A stretch of 34,346 nucleotides of DNA from a virus. Lineage: Duplodnaviria > Caudoviricetes. The stretch lies in the IMG/VR virus record IMGVR_UViG_3300027769_000079, positions 1 through 34,346 of that record; one strand, written 5' to 3'. This document shows positions 1 through 7,900 of this stretch, piece after piece (the stretch's first letter is position 1; each line of letters opens with the position of its first letter). Position numbers and translations under genes: made by a program. The notes under the pieces were generated by a model. It was not told where the DNA came from and did not search any database. It was given only the letters and a program-made list of their open reading frames with translations.

Positions 1-97
1 GGACTCAATCGAATATACAATGTATACTCGTGTTGGTACCCAAATTGAGCAGGCAGATGCATGGGTAGTCGTAAAAGACGTTAAGGTTGCTTCTTAA
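1..97 (+). CDS. Major capsid protein, C-terminal fragment (5' truncated by window)
   Basis: Frame 2 reads DSIEYTMYTRVGTQIEQADAWVVVKDVKVAS-TAA(95-97), resembling the C-terminus of large-actinophage capsid proteins. It is followed by a strong terminator and head-tail genes. Confidence 0.75.
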   Translation, partial: DSIEYTMYTRVGTQIEQADAWVVVKDVKVAS

Positions 98-117
98 TTA
101 AATAAGAAATAACTACC

Positions 118-154
118 GAAAGGCCCCCAATTAATTTTGGGGGCTTTTCATTTT
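118..154 (+). terminator. Rho-independent terminator after capsid gene
   Basis: Stem GAAAGGCCCCCAA / TTGGGGGCTTTTC with TTAATT loop, followed by a T-rich tract. Confidence 0.9.
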
Positions 155-173
155 AATTTTATAGTGCTATAAT
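145..173 (+). promoter_or_regulatory. Sigma70/SigA-type promoter with extended -10
   Basis: TGCTATAAT at 165-173. Weak -35 (TTTTCA, 145-150) at 17-bp spacing, overlapping the terminator. Confidence 0.6.
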
Positions 174-200
174 TTGTATACATACCAAAGGAGTATATAT

Positions 201-599
201 ATGTCATTTGACACACTTAAGGTCAAAGATCTAAAAGCATTAGCAGCGGACTTCGCAGTTGATGTGGACGGCCTAAAAAACAAAGCAGATATTATTGCAT
301 CACTTTCAGAAGAAGGTGTAACTTGGTCAGTTTACCAAGGCACACTTAAAAACATAGAAAACGCAAAAGAAGATGCGGATGAAATCCTTCCTAGACTAGA
401 TCCAAATCAAAAGCTTGATGAAGACATGGTTCTTGTAAAGATGGATCGACCAAACTACAGATACGATGCACTTGGATTTACTTTCACAATTGAGCATCCA
501 TTTGTAGCAATGAAGCCAGAAGTGGCTCAAGAAATTTTTGATAAGGAGGAAGGGTTTAGATTGGCTACACCTAGAGAAGTACAGGAGTATTACAACTAA
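201..599 (+). CDS. Hypothetical virion-module protein with N-terminal HeH/Rho-N-like domain
   Basis: SD AAGGAG precedes ATG 201, a better start than TTG 174. N-terminus FDTLKVKDLKALAADFAVDVDGLKNKADIIASL fits the HeH/Rho_N pattern. Confidence 0.7.
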   Translation: MSFDTLKVKDLKALAADFAVDVDGLKNKADIIASLSEEGVTWSVYQGTLKNIENAKEDADEILPRLDPNQKLDEDMVLVKMDRPNYRYDALGFTFTIEHPFVAMKPEVAQEIFDKEEGFRLATPREVQEYYN

Positions 600-608
600 G
601 CCTAACAC

Positions 609-1592
609 ATGGCAGAGATATACCAGAATACAAGTACGGCAGCAACAACAAAGCTTTTCGTAAAAGGTGAAGCAGTTACGCCTACCGCATCAGTAATCGT
701 AAAGTTTTATGATATAACTGGTGACCCAGTTGTCTTTCCACAGATAAGCCCCTCAACAATTATTGCTACTGTTACAGCAGAAGCAAGCGAAGTGGATCAG
801 GGATCATTTAGCGTATATCTTCCAACACAACACACATCAAGAAATAGAAAGTTTAAACTTGTTTGGGATTGGCAGCACGACTCAGTTTCCTACTCAAATA
901 CAACCTATCTTGATGTTGTTACTCCATATGTTGATATCCAAGAAGCAGCACAAGAAATGGGTCTTGGGTCAGATGCAAATGATCCAAGTCATAAAACATA
1001 TCAGGAATTAAAATTAGCGGAGAGATACGCTAGAAACATAATTGAAGGGCACACGGGACAAAAGTTTTATTTGCATGATGATAGCTTTTTTACAATAGGA
1101 AGTGATTCAGATACACTTTCAATGCCTAAAAAAATAAATAGGCTACACACACTATATGCCAATGATGAATTGCTTATAGACAATATCAATAGTATTAATA
1201 ACTTAGGAATAGTTGTTGAAAATACAGTAAGTGGATTTGGAATAAGAGCCAATCATTTTTCTGGCGTTAATGACGATGTGTATATTGCAAATGGAATGGT
1301 GCCCCCTTCAATAAATGATTCATCTCCAAATATTTTTAGAAGATCTAAAAGTTACAAAGTATATGCAAGATTTGGTTGGGATTATATTCCAAATGAAGTC
1401 CGAGACGCAACTGTAGAGCTAATGAAGATGTATTTTGCAAAAGACCGTGTATGGAGAGATAGATATGTTAAGAAGATATCTACAACAGACTGGGACTTTG
1501 AATATTCTTCTGAGGCTTTTAGTGGAACTGGATCCTCATACGCAGATAAACTTCTAGCAGACTATGTTATAACACAAATGGTTCTGGTGTAA
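609..1592 (+). CDS. Head-to-tail adaptor with N-terminal Ig-like extension
   Basis: 327 aa. Motifs YVDIQE..LKLAERYAR.IEGHTGQKF and GWDYIPNEVRDATVELM are typical of gp6/gp15-like connectors. Position after capsid. Confidence 0.7.
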   Translation: MAEIYQNTSTAATTKLFVKGEAVTPTASVIVKFYDITGDPVVFPQISPSTIIATVTAEASEVDQGSFSVYLPTQHTSRNRKFKLVWDWQHDSVSYSNTTYLDVVTPYVDIQEAAQEMGLGSDANDPSHKTYQELKLAERYARNIIEGHTGQKFYLHDDSFFTIGSDSDTLSMPKKINRLHTLYANDELLIDNINSINNLGIVVENTVSGFGIRANHFSGVNDDVYIANGMVPPSINDSSPNIFRRSKSYKVYARFGWDYIPNEVRDATVELMKMYFAKDRVWRDRYVKKISTTDWDFEYSSEAFSGTGSSYADKLLADYVITQMVLV

Positions 1593-2017
1593 TGTTTGAT
1601 ATAGTTGATGGTTTGATGACCATGAAAATGGATGTACACCGTCAATCTGAACGGCAAGACCCAAACACTGGAGCAATGATTAGAGAGTTTTCTTATATTA
1701 AAACTCTAGATTGTTACGCTAGAGGTGTTATTACAGAAAGCCGAAATAGGTCAAATGATAGTCAAAAGTTTTCAAATAGGTATTCAAACAATCAGTATAT
1801 TGAAGTAAGAACTTCTGAAAGATTAACCGCAAGAGATAAAGTTAAAAACATTAGAGATGTAAACGGAACCCCAATTTGGTATGAGTTAAATTATCCAAAT
1901 GATACGGATACAGTTTTTGATGTAGTTGGAACAACTCCAATAGCAGACCCATTTGGGAATGTTGTTGGATACAACTCATCACTTCAAAGGGCGGAGAATC
2001 AGCAAATTGGCATCTGA
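1592..2017 (+). CDS. Putative head closure/stopper protein
   Basis: 141-aa beta-rich ORF translationally coupled (TAATG) to the adaptor gene; synteny. Confidence 0.6.
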   Translation: MFDIVDGLMTMKMDVHRQSERQDPNTGAMIREFSYIKTLDCYARGVITESRNRSNDSQKFSNRYSNNQYIEVRTSERLTARDKVKNIRDVNGTPIWYELNYPNDTDTVFDVVGTTPIADPFGNVVGYNSSLQRAENQQIGI

Positions 2018-2798
2018 AATTTTAGCAATTAAAGCAGCAAGCGGATTAGTTAACTTAATGTCTAATAAGCCGATAAGTGGTGCACTAAAAGATAGCACAG
2101 TTGCACAAATATCTGCAGCATTATTTTACAAAACAAATGTGATGGCAAAGCTTGCATCTAATGCACAATTTCAATTAGCATTTAGAAATGTAATATTTGA
2201 TCAGCTTGAAGTTGATTTTGGAGAATATATTGATGCAAAATCAAGAACATCTCCAAAAGCTTTTCACCATGTTTATGAATGGGGTAGAACTGGTCAGGAT
2301 GAAGCAAGATTATTTAAGCTAAACAAATTGCCATCAGACGGCTTATCCCTAAAGGTAAACTACGAACTAACAGATTCTCAATCATTTGTGCCATCTGAAA
2401 ATTCTAATAACAGACATGTATTTGTAAAAAAAGCTTCTGTTATGGAAGAAGGAAAGACTGTAGTTATTGCTCCTAGGTTTTCAGAAAGACTGGTATTTGA
2501 TGTAAGTGGATATACAGTTTTTATGCCCAAAGGACAATCAGTTACCGTAAGAAAGCCTGGCGGAGCGGCAGTTAAAAATTCCTTCTTTTCTGCTTACAGA
2601 TATTTCTTTACTGGCCAGCTAGTTAATATGTCTATAAAAAAATCGGGATTTCAAAGACTATTCAATTCATCTATATCTAGAGCATTAGGAGTACCAGCAC
2701 AAATTAAAACAGTTAAGTACAGCTTCTCGGCAAATCAGCTGGCAAATGAAGCAGAAGCTGCAACATCAGCAGCATTTGCGAGGTTATCAAATGGCTAA
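2007..2798 (+). CDS. Putative neck/tail completion protein
   Basis: Likely TTG start at 2007 with GGAG upstream. FHHVYEWG motif. Lies between head closure and tail terminator positions. Confidence 0.5.
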   Translation: MASEILAIKAASGLVNLMSNKPISGALKDSTVAQISAALFYKTNVMAKLASNAQFQLAFRNVIFDQLEVDFGEYIDAKSRTSPKAFHHVYEWGRTGQDEARLFKLNKLPSDGLSLKVNYELTDSQSFVPSENSNNRHVFVKKASVMEEGKTVVIAPRFSERLVFDVSGYTVFMPKGQSVTVRKPGGAAVKNSFFSAYRYFFTGQLVNMSIKKSGFQRLFNSSISRALGVPAQIKTVKYSFSANQLANEAEAATSAAFARLSNG

Positions 2799-3300
2799 TT
2801 ATAAACTAGATGCAATGTTTGAAATAAGAAAATTCTTATGGAGTAGACTCGCAGCACTTGATATATTTAATGAAGACGACTACTACTCAGATAATTTAAA
2901 TGAGACACTTGTGCCTATTGTTCCAGTCCAGCAACAGCCAGAAATGAATCAATTTTTGAGCGGCAAGAAGCACATAGTCTACGATAAGATAGGAATGTCT
3001 TATGAAAATAACTGGATGATATGCTGCGAACAAATCCTATTAACCCTATATTCACCAGATCTCCTTGATATTGTTGAAATAAGAAACTTCCTAACTGATG
3101 AGTTTAGAAGAATGGATGAGTCTGCCAAGGATGTAAATAGGTGGGCGGGGCTATCTAATAAATTTAAGTTTCATAGCATTCATATAGCAGATATATCATC
3201 TACAGCCCCATCAGAAGAGATCCAAGGATTCTATGCAGCAGATGTAATATTAGAGGTAAAATACTCTAGGATAACTGATGGCAAGGGTAGATTTGCCTAG
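2791..3300 (+). CDS. Putative tail terminator protein
   Basis: ATG 2791 with GAGG upstream, about 169 aa, immediately before the major tail gene. Confidence 0.55.
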   Translation: MANYKLDAMFEIRKFLWSRLAALDIFNEDDYYSDNLNETLVPIVPVQQQPEMNQFLSGKKHIVYDKIGMSYENNWMICCEQILLTLYSPDLLDIVEIRNFLTDEFRRMDESAKDVNRWAGLSNKFKFHSIHIADISSTAPSEEIQGFYAADVILEVKYSRITDGKGRFA

Positions 3301-3301
3301 T

Positions 3302-3330
3302 TTGCCTTTTATTAAGTAATACAGTAAAAT
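3302..3330 (+). promoter_or_regulatory. Putative promoter for major tail gene
   Basis: TTGCCT (3302-3307) - 17 bp - TAAAAT (3325-3330) in the intergenic gap. Confidence 0.55.
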
Positions 3331-3403
3331 TGGAACAGAGGAAAGGGCCTAGCCAGCCAAATAGATATATTAATTTCATATGAAATCAGGAGGCAATACA
3401 ATT

Positions 3404-4165
3404 ATGGCATATCAAAATACAGGAGACGCCCGCAACATTCTTGTTGGCGCATCACCACTATTTTTGTCAGTAGAAGATTCAACAGTATCTGGTTACGATT
3501 CAAGCATGGATGCAGGCGAAGCAAACGCTTTTGTTGCATCAAAGAACCGTTTTGTACCAGCATTCTCATCAGGAGAGTCTTACACTACAACACTAAATAA
3601 AGTTTTAACAACAACAGGTGCTACTCAGACAGCAACGCCTACAGAGGCATCACCAGCAATTGGTGGAGCTTACCGTAACGTTGGTTACACAAATAACGGT
3701 CTACAGATCAGCTACCAGCCAACATTTGACTCAGTAACTGTTGACCAGTTGCTAGATACAGCTAAGCTGTTTAAGTCTGCAATGATGGTTCAGATCTCAA
3801 CAGAAATGGCAGAAGGTACTCTAGAGAACGTTCTTGCAGTATTTGGTCAAAAGGGATCAACACTTACATCAACAGGAACAGGTGCAACAGCAGTTGACAC
3901 ACTAGGAATGGAAGCAGGTGCACTAGGTGCAGCTCCAACAGAGCGTCAGCTAATTGCAGTTGGACAGGCTCCAACTTCAGAAGCATCAGCAACTGAGCGT
4001 GTATATTATGCACGTCGCGTTTTGTCTGTTGAACAGTCACAGTTCTCTTTGGCTCGTACAGCAGCAACAACATTCCCAGTAACATTCCGTCTTCTACCAT
4101 CAGGTGACTCAGCTCACGCTGGTTCAGAATACGGTAAGATTATTGACCGCGTTCTAGCAATTTAA
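3404..4165 (+). CDS. Major tail (tube) protein
   Basis: SD AGGAGG before ATG 3404. Motifs ARNILVGASPLFLS and VGYTNNGLQISYQPTFDSVTVDQLLD. Followed by a terminator, then chaperone and TMP genes. Confidence 0.85.
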   Translation: MAYQNTGDARNILVGASPLFLSVEDSTVSGYDSSMDAGEANAFVASKNRFVPAFSSGESYTTTLNKVLTTTGATQTATPTEASPAIGGAYRNVGYTNNGLQISYQPTFDSVTVDQLLDTAKLFKSAMMVQISTEMAEGTLENVLAVFGQKGSTLTSTGTGATAVDTLGMEAGALGAAPTERQLIAVGQAPTSEASATERVYYARRVLSVEQSQFSLARTAATTFPVTFRLLPSGDSAHAGSEYGKIIDRVLAI

Positions 4166-4184
4166 TTATATTAATAATTAATAT

Positions 4185-4217
4185 CAAAGCCCCCAAGAAA
4201 TTGGGGGCTTTGTTGTT
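4185..4217 (+). terminator. Rho-independent terminator after major tail gene
   Basis: CAAAGCCCCCAA-GAAA-TTGGGGGCTTTG followed by TTGTT. Confidence 0.9.
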
Positions 4218-4244
4218 GTATCCGTATAATGGTTATGCTATAAT
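4216..4244 (+). promoter_or_regulatory. Sigma70/SigA-type promoter for chaperone/TMP operon
   Basis: TTGTAT (4216-4221) - 17 bp - TATAAT (4239-4244) with TG extension (TGCTATAAT). Confidence 0.75.
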
Positions 4245-4272
4245 AATTTAGACGATCCTTAAGGAGGATAAA

Positions 4273-4605
4273 TTGGCAACAACAGTATATGATGTAGAAG
4301 AGATTGAACTACAAAGCGGAGCTAAAGTAAAGCTCAAGCCATTATCAATCAAGCAATTAAGAAAGTTTATGGAAGTAATTAAGAAAGTTCAAGACGCAGA
4401 AGACGAAGCCGCAACACTTGGAATTTTAGTTGAAGCATGTGGAGTAGCGCTAGAAACTCAACTGCCAGACCTAGTTGCTGACCTTGACAAACTTGAAGAT
4501 GCATTGGATGTTCCAACTATTAATAGAATCCTTGAAGTTTGCGGAGGAATTAAGATGGACGACCCAAACCTAATAGCGGCAGCGGTACTGGCTGGCCAGA
4601 ACTAG
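4273..4605 (+). CDS. Tail assembly chaperone (gpG-like, short form)
   Basis: TTG start after AAGGAGG, 110 aa, between major tail and TMP genes. Confidence 0.8.
   Translation: MATTVYDVEEIELQSGAKVKLKPLSIKQLRKFMEVIKKVQDAEDEAATLGILVEACGVALETQLPDLVADLDKLEDALDVPTINRILEVCGGIKMDDPNLIAAAVLAGQN
4563..4569 (+). other. Programmed -1 ribosomal frameshift slippery site C CCA AAC
   Basis: In-phase X XXY YYZ heptamer (codons GAC CCA AAC). The -1 frame is closed at TAA 4551-4553 and open from 4554 to 4940. Confidence 0.8.
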
Positions 4606-4940
4606 ATTTAGCCGCTTTAGAAGGTCAAGTTTTTCTTCTAGGTCACTGGAAGAATTACGAAGAACTAGAAGAAAGTTTATCGCTGCCAGAATTGATTCAA
4701 ACAATTACAGCAATAAATGAAAAAGAGCACAACCAAAGAAAGTTTGCAGCATCACTAAAGGGAATACAGTTAGATGATGATGTGGAAGAAAAAGAAAAAG
4801 GTTCTACCTTTGAAGATATCCAAAGAAGAGCTCTTGGAATTAAAGCATCAGCAGATGATGTCGTTAGTTTGCAAGGACCCTTCGCAGCACAAGCTGGATT
4901 TGGAATCGGAGCAGGATTAGGATACTCTAGGAGTAATTAG
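4569..4940 (+). CDS. Tail assembly chaperone frameshift extension (gpGT-like C-terminal part)
   Basis: The -1 frame reads PNSGSGTGWPELDLAALEGQVFLLGHWKNYEELEESLSLPELIQTITAINEKE... to TAG 4940. It includes the 4692..4940 ORF, which has no evident SD of its own. Confidence 0.8.
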   Translation, partial: PNSGSGTGWPELDLAALEGQVFLLGHWKNYEELEESLSLPELIQTITAINEKEHNQRKFAASLKGIQLDDDVEEKEKGSTFEDIQRRALGIKASADDVVSLQGPFAAQAGFGIGAGLGYSRSN

Positions 4941-7900
4941 TGGCTGACGAACAAATTGTAACCAGCATAGTCGCCAAAGCCGACTTGTCTAGCCTTGTGT
5001 CTGAAGTACACAGGGCTAGTTCTAGTCTCCAACAATTACAAAGAGAGCTGCTTGCATCAAACAAAGCAATATCTTCTTCTACAAAATTAGCAAATAATTT
5101 ATTTAGAGATACATTAACTGGAAGCGGACAGTTCTCAAGCCACTTTGTAAACCTTAATTCTGATGTAGATAAGTTTGGTAAAAATTTAGATTCAGGCAGA
5201 TTAAAGCTTAAGAACTATTTCCAAACATTTAGAGAACACGCCACTACTCAAAAGGGCATGATCAGGGAGCTTGCCAAAGAGCAGGTAATGCTTCAAAACT
5301 CAGTACTTCAGCCGCTAGGTAGAAATGCTCAAGGCTTAATGCAGTACAATGTTATGATTCCTAGAGGACTAGATGCTATAGCAAATAGCGGAAAGTTAGC
5401 TCGAATGGAAATGCAGATTATGAATCGTGCATTATCCGAAGGAGCAGGTTCTTTAATTAACTGGGGTAAGAATACTCAGTGGGCTGGTAGACAGCTAACA
5501 GTAGGTCTAACTGTTCCAATGACTATGTTCGGTGCCGCAGCTGGAAAAGCTTTTAGAGAAGCAGATGCTGAACTAGTTAGATTGACAAAAGTTTATGGTG
5601 GCCTAGCTGCAACCTCAGCAAGTGATTTAAAAGCTATTAGAGAAGAAGTTGTTGAAACGGCAAAAGTTTTATCTAAAACAATGGGTGCATCTTTTAAAGA
5701 TACTATTGCATTGGGTGCTGATATCGCAGCAACAGGACAAACTGGAAATGAGCTTCTAGGATCTATTGCAGAAACAACAAGGCTTGCAGTACTTGGTGAA
5801 GTTGATAGACAAGATGCAATGAAAGCAACGTTATCTATTCAAACAGCATTTAAACAAAATACTCAAGAACTTACTGAATCAATTAACTTCCTTAACGCAG
5901 TTGAAAACCAAACCTCAACAACTCTTAATGACCTGGTAGAAGCAATTCCAAAAGCTGGGCCAGTAATTCAGCAACTAGGCGGAGATGTTAAAGATCTGGC
6001 TTTATATTTAACAGCAATGAGAGAAGGCGGTATTAGCGCATCAGAAGGTGCAAACGCACTGAAGTCTGGACTAGCCTCTTTGATTAACCCAACAAAACAA
6101 ACTGTCGGAATGATGTCGGATTTTGGAATTGATGTAATGGGAATGGTTGCTAGAAATACTGGCGATACAACTGGACTTCTAATGGATTTGCAAAAAGCAT
6201 TAGACTCACTTGATCCATTAAGCAAAGCAAGAGCAATGGAACAAATGTTTGGAAAGTTTCAGTTTGCAAGAATGAGCGCACTACTTAATAACTTAGGAAA
6301 ACAGGGAAGCCAGACGCTTCAAGTTTTAGATTTAATGAAAGCGAGCACAGCAGATCTTGCAGATGTAGCAAGCCGAGAATTAAAAATGGTTACAGAGTCT
6401 GCATCTGGTAAATATAAAAGAGCTATTGAAGGTCTTAAAGCAGAGCTTGCAGATGTTGGAGAAGAGTTCTTAGGAGTTGCAACTAAGCTTATAACCGCAG
6501 CGTCAAAAATATTAGATTTCTTTACTAGATTACCAGACCCAATCAAAAAAGGATTAACATTCCTTGCTGGGTTTACTGCATTAGTCGGACCACTTATTAT
6601 GTTAACTGGTGTACTTGCAAACTTCTTTGGTTATATAACTAAGGGTGTTGTTCAGTTAAGAGCATTCTTCATGAAAGCAAATGGCTGGAAGATGCTTACC
6701 CCAGAAATTATTGCTGCTGAAAAAGCAGCTCTTATGGTTGAGAATGCATTCTACTCAGATGCAGCAGCAGCTCAAGTTCTTCACAATGCTCTACAAAAAC
6801 TTGTTTTAGATTATCAAAATCTCCAAGCTGCATCTATGAAAAATGCAGTACCAGTTAATCCAGGAGTAAGCACAGTTGCTGGTTCACCAGTAATGGTTGG
6901 CGGAAGAAGAGTCGTTGATCCTAACGATCCATATGTTGGAGACCCTAATACTAGAGCCATGTCTCATATTAGACCAAGAGATATAAATAACCCAGCAACA
7001 ATATTTGGCGGTGTACCAGGAGCAATTCCAGTTAATAGAGGAATATCAAGAACTCCTCAAATGTATATGCAAGATAGACTTCCAAACATTGAAGGATTAA
7101 CAAGCGTAAAGGGAATATCAACAGGAATTGTTTCAGGTGAAGCAGCTAAATTCCATGCGCTGATGGCAACACTAGGAATGCAAACAGAGCAAGAAGTTGC
7201 TACATTAAAGAAAACTATTGCAATGGGCGGAACAGTTAGCAGAGAGCTTCTAGACACATTTGATGACATACTTCCAATAACTCAAAGATTTGCAGAGAGT
7301 GCAGCAACACAGTCAGCTTTAATTGTTCAGCAAATGAGAAATGCCGAAATAACTGTTGATCAAGCAAAAGCAAGGATACTTGCACTTAATGCACAAATAG
7401 AAACAGATATGGGATCAGCAGTAAGCATGTATGCTGCTGGACGAGGAAGAACAATTGATTTAACAAGAGCTCCAATGATGGATCAACCAGTTGTTGACGC
7501 TAATGGACAATTTACACTTAGAGATTTGTATAAGAAGAAAGCAAATGCTTCTGTTATGGAAGAGTTTGGAAGACTTCGCGGCGTAAGAACATTTGGAGCA
7601 CCTTATAGTATTCAGACAACTAGAATGCCTAAATTTAATATTGGTGGAGATGTAGAGTCATTTGGTCCAGGAAAGACTATGGTGTCTGGGCCATCTTCAA
7701 TTAACTATGATGACAGACTGGGAAGCGTTCCTCTAGGAGGGTATGTTTTAAATCAGCAAGCTTCGATGGATCCAGCAAATGCTGCATTAGTTGAGATGGC
7801 TCCGTCTACCTACTTAAATAATGGTGGAAACATTACTGCAGCGCTTACCCCACGGGAAGTCGTTTTTGGCCCTGAAATTCAAAGAATGCCTGAGCTTTAT

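Noticed and set aside
4692-4940. Standalone 82-aa gene before the TMP
   Set aside because: The frame is open from 4554 and reachable by the -1 slippery site; better explained as the frameshift extension.
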